Numbered from the stretch's first letter, positions 48,949 to 57,273 are shown. The stretch is 64,000 nt of DNA from a virus (IMGVR_UViG_3300015374_000002:1-64000), one strand, 5' to 3'. Numbers and translations: made by a program. Notes: generated by a model not told the origin, from the letters alone.

Positions 48949-49010
48949 AGGAGCAGACCCGGTTGCAGCCGGGCCCGCCAATTATCCGCCTGCTCTACGG
49001 ACGGGCAAAT

Positions 49011-49439
49011 CTACCAGGAGTCCCACACGCCGAAGTGGCGGTGGCGCGGGTCCGGGGATTCGACGTCCCAGGCGGCCTGTACGGCATCCTGGGCGCCTCG
49101 CAGCATCTTGCCGACCTCCCGGCCAACGGCCCGATCGGCAGCGCGCAGGGCGCGTTCCTGACGGTTGGAGATGCCGCCGATCACGTGCCCCAGGTTGAAG
49201 GTACGCGGGTAGGTGCCCGCCTCCAGGCGGCGGGTCACCCGGTCCGGGCGCGGACGGTGCCCGGCGCGCTCAGCCTGGGCCAGCGCGGCGGCGCTGTAGC
49301 GCAGCGCGGACCGGATCTCGTTGGCGGTGCTCGGGTAGGTGGCACGCCACCAGGCGAAGATGTAGAGGCGACCGTCGGCGTCGTAACGCCGGGTGCCAGT
49401 GCGGTGGTTGTAGGGGACGTGGTGAACAGTACGGGACAT
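49011..49439 (-). CDS. hypothetical basic protein
   Basis: MSRTVHH... 142 aa, GGAG RBS. Confidence 0.65.
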   Translation of the reverse strand: MSRTVHHVPYNHRTGTRRYDADGRLYIFAWWRATYPSTANEIRSALRYSAAALAQAERAGHRPRPDRVTRRLEAGTYPRTFNLGHVIGGISNRQERALRAADRAVGREVGKMLRGAQDAVQAAWDVESPDPRHRHFGVWDSW

Positions 49440-49524
49440 TCGGACTCCGACGTGCGGGCCCGCCCCGGATGGGCAAGCCGTCTACGTCTCACCCGCCGTG
49501 AACATCACATTCGCCTCCTTCGCG

Positions 49525-49597
49525 TAGGGGTGGCCGGATTTGAACCGGCATCATCCGCATTTTGAATGCGGCGCCTCTGCCGTTGGACTACACCCCC
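49525..49597 (-). tRNA. tRNA-Leu(CAA), short variable loop
   Basis: Loop UUCAAAA; no long variable arm. Confidence 0.8.
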
Positions 49598-49598
49598 G

Positions 49599-49670
49599 TG
49601 CGCCGTCAGGGACTCGAACCCTGCTCTCTCGATTAAGAGTCGAGTGCATAACCATCCATGCTCACGGCGC
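49599..49670 (-). tRNA. tRNA-Lys(CTT)
   Basis: Loop CUCUUAA. Confidence 0.9.
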
Positions 49671-49778
49671 TTTCCGTCCGGCCGGTTAGCGTCGGCCTGC
49701 CGGACGATCCCTGACCCGCCCGGGGGACGCCAATCCCGCCGGTGCAGTATCAGGGCACCCCACCCAAGTGGGGTGTAG

Positions 49779-49849
49779 AGCCGTACCGGAGAGTCGAACT
49801 CCGCTCCCCGCGTTGGAAGCGCGGGACATCGCCACAATGCTTGTACGGC
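49779..49849 (-). tRNA. tRNA-Gly(TCC)
   Basis: Loop CUUCCAA, U73. Confidence 0.85.
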
Positions 49850-49850
49850 A

Positions 49851-49918
49851 TGGGGACCAGGCGGGGAATCGAACCCCGCTTTCCTAGGATTTCCGTGCCC
49901 TTTCCGGGGGCCTGGTCC
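49851..49918 (-). pseudogene. tRNA-like element lacking a proper anticodon arm
   Basis: Acceptor, D and T arms and CCA present; anticodon arm collapsed. Confidence 0.5.
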
Positions 49919-50084
49919 ACGGCGGGAAACGGCCCGGGTGCCCACGAGTGATCAGCTCGCAAACACTGACGGTATCCGTAGGGGTTTCCCCCTTTCCGAT
50001 CCGGTTCATCCCGCGTGCTCGACGACGCTCCGGATCCCCCTTCGCTGGCAACCCAGCTACTAAGTTCACCTGCACCGTCGTGCG

Positions 50085-50156
50085 TGGCTCCCCAGAGAGT
50101 CGAACTCTGTCCTCTGGATCTTCAGTCCGGCGCTCATCCCCATGAGCTTGAGAGCC
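50085..50156 (-). tRNA. tRNA-Phe(GAA)
   Basis: Loop CUGAAGA. Confidence 0.8.
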
Positions 50157-50370
50157 TTTCGATCTCACCCGGCCGCAGAAGCTAGTGGTCGGGTGTCTTG
50201 TTCTCGTCGTCTATGACGCGTGTGGCCGCTGCCGCTGTGGCATCCTTCTTGGCCGCTATCCGCTTATTGATCTCTCTTATGTCTGCCTCGATCTCACGCA
50301 GTTCGCGTGCCTTTCGTCCGAACATGTCGCCTCCTGGCTAGGGGGGTGTCAACCTGGCGGGGAATTTTCG

Positions 50371-50589
50371 TTACGGTGCCTGGTCGAAGTATCGGCGGCC
50401 ACGTTCGAACGCCGTCGTCCGATGTACGCCGTGCACGCCCTCCGTTGCCGCCAGGACGCGTCCCAGCGCCGTCTTGTAGGCGCTACGGGCGGTCGCCGCT
50501 CCAGGGAGTGGCCCGTCCGCGTTGTTGACTCTGGCGTCTTCACGGGCGATGTCAGCCAGCAGGTCTTCAACAAGCTTCTGTATGTCCAT
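50371..50589 (-). CDS. hypothetical protein
   Basis: GAGCGAC + AGGAG leader. Confidence 0.6.
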   Translation of the reverse strand: MDIQKLVEDLLADIAREDARVNNADGPLPGAATARSAYKTALGRVLAATEGVHGVHRTTAFERGRRYFDQAP

Positions 50590-50719
50590 GGTTCTCCTGT
50601 CGGGTCGCTCTCCCGTTGGGTGGTGGGCTGCTGTACAGCGCCGCCCACCAGGCGCTCCCCCGCACGGCCGTGCGGGGGCCGGTCACCCATACTCGATGAC
50701 TTTCAGGTGATTCCGGACG

Positions 50720-50791
50720 TACCCGCGACAGGATTCGAACCTGCATCCTCGACGTTCGTAGCGTCGCGCTCATCCATTGAGCTACACGGGC
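50720..50791 (-). tRNA. tRNA-Arg(ACG)
   Basis: Loop CUACGAA. Confidence 0.9.
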
Positions 50792-50910
50792 ATGATGCAC
50801 GACAGGGCCAGGGACTTCCGTCGCAATGCGTGTTACCGCTCTTCCAGCCCTGCCGTGCACGATCTCCTGGCCGACCACGCGGGCGTCTCACCCCGCGACC
50901 GGACCCCCAC

Positions 50911-51138
50911 CTAACCGGCCAGGTCGTTCTCACCGCCCAGTGCGGCGCATTCCGTGCACGGGCGCGTCCTCAGCGGACCAGGCCGCCAGAACAGGATCAG
51001 CGCCCCGAACGGCGGAATGATCGCCGCTATGGACGGGTTGCAGAACTCGTCCTCACCCTTGAAAATCGTTGGCTTCCACCAGCAGGTGAGCGTGGTGGGC
51101 GACCACCACATCAGGCGGCCGATGTTGAACTGCTTCAC
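50911..51138 (-). CDS. hypothetical protein
   Basis: 75-aa ORF, AAAGG RBS. Confidence 0.5.
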   Translation of the reverse strand: MKQFNIGRLMWWSPTTLTCWWKPTIFKGEDEFCNPSIAAIIPPFGALILFWRPGPLRTRPCTECAALGGENDLAG

Positions 51139-51165
51139 ACTCGCCTTTCGGATCAGCCGGGAAGG

Positions 51166-51339
51166 TCACTTCTTGTTGTTGATCTTTGCGCTACGGGCGA
51201 CCGTCCTGGCCCGCTCGTAATGCGCATCCGACTCCGCCTTGTCGCCGTCCAGCTCCGCGATGAAACCCTTCGCGGCATGCTTGGCGACCTGGTCAAGCTG
51301 CTTGTCGGTCAACTTCCCATACTCCGCATTGCCCGCCAT
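51166..51339 (-). CDS. hypothetical protein
   Basis: MAGNAEYG...; GAGCGAC + AGGAGG. Confidence 0.65.
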   Translation of the reverse strand: MAGNAEYGKLTDKQLDQVAKHAAKGFIAELDGDKAESDAHYERARTVARSAKINNKK

Positions 51340-51507
51340 GGGCGCCTCCTGTGAGACTCCCGAGTCGCTCAACCGGGAGAAGGTGCGGGTGCCGCTTCAC
51401 TACGGCCTAGGCCACGACCGACCGGCTTTCTCCGCAACGCGTACGCTTCGCCGACCAGCCTCCCAAGGGCCAGAGCCCGGGGTAAGGGTTCCCGGGCGCT
51501 CCCGCCG

Positions 51508-51662
51508 TCCCTGGTGCTGGATTCGAACCAGCAACTTCCGCCCCCGTATTCGGGATTACCCGGCCAGGTCCCCGCCCTGCCCGACTAGTACGGGCTGAAC
51601 GGTTTACCCCTGACAAACGGGCCCCGGCGGGACGATGCCTCTACCAATTGGGCTACCCAGGG
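51508..51662 (-). ncRNA. 155-nt tRNA-like RNA with ~88-nt structured insert in place of the anticodon loop
   Basis: Canonical 5' half (CCCUGGGUAGCCCAAUUGGUAGAGGCA) and 3' half (GCUGGUUCGAAUCCAGCACCAGGGA). Confidence 0.7.
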
Positions 51663-51695
51663 CTGGAGTGAGGCGTGATGTGCCTCACTCTCGCG

Positions 51696-51771
51696 TACCC
51701 GCAGCAGGATTCGAACCTGCACCATGCCCCACTCCGGAGGTGGGTGCCCTGTCCAGTTGGGCGATACGGGC
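51696..51771 (-). tRNA. tRNA-Arg(CCG)
   Basis: Loop CUCCGGA. Confidence 0.85.
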
Positions 51772-51831
51772 GTGCGTCAGATCGTGGACGCCTGTCGAGG
51801 GTCGAACCGGCTCACGATCTGACTTGCGACG
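51771..51831 (-). ncRNA. bulged-stem RNA with T-loop, copy 1
   Basis: GUCAGAUCGUG/CACGAUCUGAC stem enclosing GGUUCGA. Confidence 0.55.
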
Positions 51832-52032
51832 TCACGTGTCGTCGCCGTCCGAAGCGTACGGGTTCACCTGGTAGAGCTGCTCCCGAAGCTTGTCGTAGTC
51901 GAGAACGAGGGCCTCAGTTCGACCGTCACTGGGGATTCGCATGAGGACGGCATGCCCGTCCTCATCCCACCCCAACTCGTAGGGGTTGCCGACTTTGTCA
52001 TGACACGTTTTCCACGATCCACTGAACTTCAT
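51832..52032 (-). CDS. hypothetical protein
   Basis: AAAGGAGG RBS, 66 aa. Confidence 0.65.
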   Translation of the reverse strand: MKFSGSWKTCHDKVGNPYELGWDEDGHAVLMRIPSDGRTEALVLDYDKLREQLYQVNPYASDGDDT

Positions 52033-52056
52033 GCTGTCCCTCCTTTCTCTGTGACG

Positions 52057-52132
52057 TACCGCTGGCCGGAATTGAACCGGCGACCTTCAGATTGAGAATC
52101 TGACGACCCGAACCAGCAGAGTCTTCAGCGGC
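52057..52132 (-). tRNA. tRNA-Glu(CTC)
   Basis: Loop UUCUCAA. Confidence 0.8.
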
Positions 52133-52242
52133 CTTGTGACATCCGGACTCGAACGAGCCGGTACGTATGCCCACCGTACGAATTACCGCGCGGACCTTCG
52201 TACAGTGCGGTACCGCTGGGGAGTGCCACGCCCCCCGGGCCG

Positions 52243-52315
52243 TGCTCGCAGCAGGATTCGAACCTGCGGTCTCCTCCTCCGGAGGGAGGCGCCTTGTCCT
52301 CTGGGCCATACGAGC
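52243..52315 (-). tRNA. tRNA-Arg(CCG)
   Basis: Loop CUCCGGA. Confidence 0.85.
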
Positions 52316-52431
52316 GTGCGTTAGATCATGGGCGCCTGCCGGGGAGTCGAACCCCTCTACGACTTGGATGCGCATCCGCTGCCGCTTCGCCGGACCTGGA
52401 GTCGAACCGGATCATGATCTAACTTGCGACG
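52315..52431 (-). ncRNA. bulged-stem RNA with two T-loops, copy 2
   Basis: GUUAGAUCAUG/CAUGAUCUAAC stem (compensatory changes versus copy 1). Confidence 0.55.
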
Positions 52432-52447
52432 TTGTACACCGTCGCCG

Positions 52448-52522
52448 TGCCGCTGACCGGAATCGAACCGGCGACCTCCAGGGTGAAAGCCTGGCAACCC
52501 AACCAGCAGGGTCTTCAGCGGC
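52448..52522 (-). tRNA. tRNA-Glu(TTC)
   Basis: Loop CUUUCAC. Confidence 0.8.
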
Positions 52523-52560
52523 ATTGCCCGATTGCGGCTCGGGGCGGCCGTCGGACAACG

Positions 52561-52710
52561 TCAACTCTTCCCCTTGGAAGCACGGGCCGCGAGGCGCCTT
52601 TCGTAGTTCTGTTTGGCCCTAGCGTTCGACTCCCTAAGGTCCTTCCTCATCTGAGCTACGCCCTCGATCAGCACGACGACGGCGTCACCAACTGTCAACT
52701 TTCTGCGCAA
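52561..52710 (-). CDS. small hypothetical protein
   Basis: TTG start after AGGAGGTGATC. Confidence 0.5.
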   Translation of the reverse strand: MRRKLTVGDAVVVLIEGVAQMRKDLRESNARAKQNYERRLAARASKGKS

Positions 52711-52947
52711 TATGATCACCTCCTCCTGGTCATATTCACGATCGGCCCTCGGTCCCACCCCTGCGCGGCGCGTGTACACCACGCCGCACAGGCTCCCGAG
52801 GTCTCTCCGCCCCGTCCGCCGATCGCTAAGCCGCCTTCTGTCCGAGGGTGACGGCCCCCATACCCATGGGTGGACACTGTGCTGAGAGGGCCGCAGGTCC
52901 CCGCGTACGGCGTACCTGCGCTGCCAGGCCAAAGGACCCTCTCACCG

Positions 52948-53018
52948 CGCCTGCGACGGGATTTGAACCCGCGCCCCCCACGCTGACAACGTGGTGCTCT
53001 GCCTTGAGCTACACAGGC
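52948..53018 (-). tRNA. tRNA-Asp(GTC)
   Basis: Loop UUGUCAG, G73. Confidence 0.9.
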
Positions 53019-53051
53019 TTGCCGTGCAGGCGGTCACCCGCACGGGGATGG

Positions 53052-53183
53052 TTACTCGTCGTGCCAGGAACCTGGCCCGCACGGGTTCTTCTTGCAGTCA
53101 GCGCACACGCCCGGATTGGCGATGTCGTTGACCATCATGTGAACGCCGCAACAGGTGCAGTCCGCAACGCCGGATTCAGCCAT
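53052..53183 (-). CDS. small Cys-rich protein
   Basis: CTCCG ... CADC; GAGCGAC + AGGAGG. Confidence 0.6.
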   Translation of the reverse strand: MAESGVADCTCCGVHMMVNDIANPGVCADCKKNPCGPGSWHDE

Positions 53184-53219
53184 ATCGTCCTCCTGGTAAA
53201 GGGGTCGCTCTCCCTTTGC

Positions 53220-53401
53220 GATCACAGGCATTTTGCGGGGGAGTGGCCCTCCTGGCTGACGTCCGGACGTCTCCAGGTCAGTTCCCCCTCCGTGATGGGA
53301 TTGCCTCGATTGAGGACGACCGGCCACCTCACCGGATCCCCGGCGGTTCCCGGCAGGCGACCGAAGCCGCCTACCGGACTGGAGACTCATCACGGGTGAT
53401 C
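53220..53401 (-). ncRNA. candidate pseudoknotted ncRNA
   Basis: Two interleaved perfect 8-bp helices, closing stem and a C(UUCG)G hairpin. Confidence 0.55.
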
Positions 53402-53450
53402 GGCGCGTTTTCCCGGGAACCACCCCGAAGATTGGCGCCGAACCACTGCG

Positions 53451-53522
53451 TAGCGACAGCAGGGTTCGAACCTGCGACCTTCTCGTTATGAGCGAGGCGC
53501 TCTACCACTGAGCTATGCCGCC
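53451..53522 (-). tRNA. tRNA-Met/Ile2(CAT)
   Basis: Loop CUCAUAA, elongator-type. Confidence 0.85.
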
Positions 53523-53541
53523 AGAAATCATCGACAGACGT

Positions 53542-53766
53542 CTACGCCAGGTCATAGCCGCCACGCGGGTCGATATCGTCAATAGCGATTCCTTCGGCAA
53601 GACACAGGGCTCCGCGAGCATCTGCCATCGACGTTCGCAGATCAGCCAACGCCACCGAGTCACCGCGCTCCTTCGCCAAGCGCATGTCACCTGCCAGACT
53701 GAGCATCAGGTACTTGGGGTGAAGTTCCAACCCAAGGGGGATCTTGGTCACATGAACCTCCAGCAT
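53542..53766 (-). CDS. hypothetical protein
   Basis: 74-aa ORF; start uncertain. Confidence 0.45.
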   Translation of the reverse strand: MLEVHVTKIPLGLELHPKYLMLSLAGDMRLAKERGDSVALADLRTSMADARGALCLAEGIAIDDIDPRGGYDLA

Positions 53767-53897
53767 TGGGGGTGGTAAAAACGGACCCCCCGGCGAACGG
53801 GTTACCCCCGCCCTACGCGGCCCTCAGGGGCTCTCAGGTCCGCGATTTCGCATGGATCGGGGGATCCGGTCGGGACGTCCGCGAGAACGTCCCTGCG

Positions 53898-53969
53898 TGC
53901 GGATGACAGGATTCGAACCTGCGCACTCCTCGCCCCAAACGAGGTGGGCTACCACTGCCCTACATCCAC
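53898..53969 (-). tRNA. tRNA-Pro(TGG)
   Basis: Loop UUUGGGG; G1-C72. Confidence 0.8.
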
Positions 53970-53974
53970 AGTGA

Positions 53975-54043
53975 CGGGTACTTCGGGGGCTGTTTCCTCT
54001 TGCGTCGGAGCGACCAACCACGGAGCGCTCCCCGAAGTACCCG
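53975..54043 (-). ncRNA. 14-bp hairpin with 41-nt loop antisense to the GAGCGAC leader
   Basis: cgggtacttcgggg/ccccgaagtacccg perfect stem; loop contains CUCCGUGGUUGGUCGCUCC. Confidence 0.5.
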
Positions 54044-54046
54044 AAG

Positions 54047-54116
54047 TGGACCGGCGGGATCCGAGCCCCCGCATCCGCCCCCCGTCGGAGGCGAGTCTTC
54101 CTTAGACTGACGGCCC
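54047..54116 (-). pseudogene. degenerate tRNA-Ala-like element
   Basis: GGGCCG/CGGUCC-A acceptor; altered T loop. Confidence 0.4.
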
Positions 54117-54156
54117 TGATGATGTTCCGATCATCTGCGGTGTGTGCGCAACACAG

Positions 54157-54229
54157 TGGACCTGAGAGGACTCGAACCTCCCGCCTACGCCCTGCCGAGG
54201 CGTCGCTCTACCTGATGAGCTACAGGCCC
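54157..54229 (-). tRNA. tRNA-Ala(GGC)
   Basis: G3.U70, loop UCGGCAG. Confidence 0.85.
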
Positions 54230-54415
54230 ATATGGGACGGGCGCCGGGTACAGCCGGTTCTCCCGGTGTGGCGATCGGCTTCTGCTTCTCGCCCGTCCAG
54301 AGGGGACTTACCCGACCCCTCGGCGGTGGGACATATCCGGTCCCTGCGGAGGCAGCCTTTCCAGTGTTTTTGAAAGGAGATTCCGGTCGGCTGCCACCCA
54401 CCTGTCTTCTCCTTG

Positions 54416-54481
54416 TGGACCGGCCAGATTCGAACTGGCGACTATCCCCGCTAAGGGTTGCCACGCCAACGGCTGCGGTCC
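54416..54481 (-). pseudogene. degenerate tRNA-like element (AGC?)
   Basis: 6-bp acceptor, good T arm, irregular anticodon loop. Confidence 0.45.
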
Positions 54482-54559
54482 TGGGGATCATCCACGAGGT
54501 GCTAGACCGAACGTCGGTGACTAGTACGACGCTCACGCTTGCCTCCCGGCTTCACCCTT

Positions 54560-54632
54560 GCGCACCGACGGGATTCGAACCCGCACCCTTCCCCTGGCCT
54601 TACGGGGTGCTCTCGCCATGAGCTGCGGCGCG
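54560..54632 (-). pseudogene. tRNA-like element with 9-nt anticodon loop
   Basis: Cloverleaf with loop GUAAGGCCA. Confidence 0.5.
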
Positions 54633-54771
54633 TCCGACGGTCAGGTGTGCAGGTGGCCTGCCTGCGTCTGCCGCCGGAAGTTGGTGGGGCCCGCAGGTGA
54701 GCGCCGTGGCGCAGGAACCCCTTCGCGTCTGACTGTGCGCCAGCGCGTCGGGCACCGTATTGGACCCCGCG

Positions 54772-54841
54772 TGGACCTGGAGAGATTCGAACTCGTCTTC
54801 CCGCACCTTGCAAGGGTGGGGCGTCCCCTGGACTCAAGCCC
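54772..54841 (-). tRNA. tRNA-Ala(TGC), short D arm
   Basis: G3.U70, loop CUUGCAA. Confidence 0.7.
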
Positions 54842-55323
54842 GTGGGGGTGGATGCCGGTCGCCGGGTGCACGAATCGTGCGCCGACCGGTAGCGGGAATC
54901 ACTGACCATCTGGGGTTAGCTACCCGCCGGGCCATGGCGCCGCGTCATCGCGGAACCTGTTGGCTTCCGGCATCCACCCGATCCCCTTGCCTCATTCGCG
55001 GCGCATGACAGTTACCGGCGGACCGGGTTGTGGGCTGTGAATGAGGTTCGGGAATTCTTTCATATGCCCCGGGATGGCGCCCGGGGCGAAGTCGGCGTGT
55101 ACGGGACCGTGGGTCGCCGGAAGCGAGTCGGCGCGGTGTTGCCGCGTTCGCTTGGCCCGTGAGGCGTTTGCTTGGCGACAGGTCCGGGCTAGGGTCGCAT
55201 ATCCGGCGGCCCACGGAGCCCGTGCACACCTTTCTTAGGTGTCTTCTTCCACTGTTGAGTTTTCAACGCGCCCCGGCTGGGGCTCCTACCCGTACACACC
55301 CCGTGGTGGCGGTGTGGGGTGCG

Positions 55324-55395
55324 CACCGATGGCTGGATTCGAACCAGCAGTCCTCGCCTTAACAGGGCGGCGCTCTGCCATTGAGCTACATCGGT
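55324..55395 (-). tRNA. tRNA-Asn(GTT)
   Basis: Loop CUGUUAA, G73. Confidence 0.9.
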
Positions 55396-55633
55396 ATGGA
55401 GTTTGGGGCCGGGGCGGTGGTGAAGCCGCCCCGGGATTCAGGTTCCCGGTCGGGCGGCTTCGGTGTCATCCGGTTTTCCGGATTTACACGTCTGCCACCC
55501 GTTCGGAGGCGAAGCCCGTGTCGGGGTGCACCAGGCGCGTGTGGCTCTGGGTCCCGGTGTTCGGGTCTGTGGCCTGTCGGTTGGTCACCTGCTGTGCACC
55601 TCCTGCCGTGTTCTTCGTTCTTTCGATAACCCA

Positions 55634-55663
55634 AAGGTACAGTCATCTAGCACGAGACGTCAA
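55634..55663 (-). promoter_or_regulatory. promoter at head of tRNA array
   Basis: TTGACG-18-TACCTT with GCTAGATG in spacer and an AT-rich UP-like tract. Confidence 0.7.
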
Positions 55664-55704
55664 GAGGTATTTCTGGTTTCTTTTGTATAGACAAGAACCG
55701 CAGG

Positions 55705-56124
55705 TCAGGCCGCTGCCAGGCCCTCCTCCGGCTCGCCCTCGGCCAGGACGGATCCGGCGGGCAGCGTCTCCTGCTCCGGCGGAGACGGCGGGGAGACCAT
55801 GTCGGCGAGGCGGCCGACCGTGGCGGCGGCGGCCACCGGGTCGGCACGCAGCAGCAGCCCGGCCAGTTCGCCGACCACCTGCGCAACCATGGCGGGGGGT
55901 AGGAGGTAGAGGGCGCGGACCCGGTCGGTGGTGTCGTCCACCACGCCGCCGACGGCGTAGGCGATAGTGATCTCTCCGGCGACGGGGTGTTCGATGAGGC
56001 ATCCGTCGGTGCCAGTGACGACGATGCCGTAGCGGGTGTCCACCTTGCGGCCGTTGTCGTCGTGGGTCATGGCCTGTCCGGAGATACTGCCGGGCAGGAA
56101 CCGGGGGTTGGTGGTTTCCATCAT
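55705..56124 (-). CDS. hypothetical protein
   Basis: 139 aa, GAGCGAC + GGGAG leader. Confidence 0.7.
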   Translation of the reverse strand: MMETTNPRFLPGSISGQAMTHDDNGRKVDTRYGIVVTGTDGCLIEHPVAGEITIAYAVGGVVDDTTDRVRALYLLPPAMVAQVVGELAGLLLRADPVAAAATVGRLADMVSPPSPPEQETLPAGSVLAEGEPEEGLAAA

Positions 56125-56217
56125 GTGGTGCTCCCAGGGGTCGCTCTTACCCGTTGAAGATTGGCCGCATCATGACACAGGGGTGCGGCGGGCGGTAGCG
56201 AGGCGGTAACGGGGCGT

Positions 56218-56547
56218 TTACGGGACATTGCCGGGCAGAACATCAGAATCGATGATCAGGGTGACGCCGAACAGCTTCGCCCACGCCATCCCCGGTCGGG
56301 GAGAAACGGCCAGGTTGAACCGGGTCGTACGGGGCTGCGCCCCGGCCGGGGTCTCCATGAACATCTCCCATGCTTCACCCTGGGCACAATCCAGCAACAA
56401 AAAAGCTTCACCCGACGTGATCAGCATGGCGGCGCGCACCGTTGCGGTATCCAGCCCACCCGACTGCAACGCCATGGCGAAGGCGTAGACCCGCTGGATC
56501 AGCTCACGGGCACCCGGCGGCAGCGACGCGGTCATGACGGCCAGCAT
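56218..56547 (-). CDS. hypothetical protein
   Basis: 109-aa ORF; may extend upstream. Confidence 0.55.
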   Translation of the reverse strand: MLAVMTASLPPGARELIQRVYAFAMALQSGGLDTATVRAAMLITSGEAFLLLDCAQGEAWEMFMETPAGAQPRTTRFNLAVSPRPGMAWAKLFGVTLIIDSDVLPGNVP

Positions 56548-56856
56548 GGGAGGAGCGAGGCGCTTACGTCTCGCCCTGACCGGCGGCCGATACGCTAAAT
56601 AACGGCTACCATGGGCCCGTCACTTGCCGCCCTTTGCATGGGGTGGCTGGTGGTCGGAGATATCCCTCTTGGGAGTCGGCGGACCCACCTTGCCCCGCAG
56701 GCGCCCGCGATGAGGGAGGCGGCACATCGAGGGCCTGACGGCGGCCAAAGAGTCGCGCACCCCTTCGGCGTAAGACCTACCCGTTGAGCCCAGCTCCGGG
56801 GGGCGGTCGAGGATCGCGCGGACCGCGCTGTCAGATCACCCTCGATGTTGTCGTTT

Positions 56857-57177
56857 TCAGGCGGCCACACGTACCCGGCGGCTGGTGTTCAGTCGTCCGG
56901 CGGCGTGCAGTCTCTCCACGACCACCCGCGCCCGGTCCCGGTCGGTGACGCGGTCGGTCCACATGTCGGCGAGTGCCTGAGTTCCCATCTCGACGCAGGC
57001 GTCAATACCGGCGCGGTCGGCGGGGTCGATGGCGGCCGGACGCACCGCCTCGTTAATGTGCCGCAGAGTGGGCCCGATGCCGGTAATCGGGGTCGGGCAC
57101 TTCAGGCACTCACGGTAGCCGTCTTCGTTCCGCCATTCGACGGCCTGGTGGTCGTAGGGCTTCACCACGGTCATCAC
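56857..57177 (-). CDS. hypothetical protein
   Basis: 106-aa ORF with CxxC. Confidence 0.65.
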   Translation of the reverse strand: MMTVVKPYDHQAVEWRNEDGYRECLKCPTPITGIGPTLRHINEAVRPAAIDPADRAGIDACVEMGTQALADMWTDRVTDRDRARVVVERLHAAGRLNTSRRVRVAA

Positions 57178-57273
57178 CCCTCTGACCTGATCATACCCAG
57201 ATGTCGTTGCACACGCACTTAGTTTCCAAGTGGGGTAATCTTCGCTCCCCTGCGGCGGAACCAGGCGGCGGCC

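Noticed and set aside
53220-53401. Cobalamin riboswitch (GGGAA, AGCCAGGAG words)
   Set aside because: Only fragments match, element order does not fit, and no B12-related gene follows
41949-55395. CRISPR array suggested by recurring (T)TCGAACC words
   Set aside because: These are tRNA T-loops with irregular spacing; no constant repeat-spacer period and no cas genes
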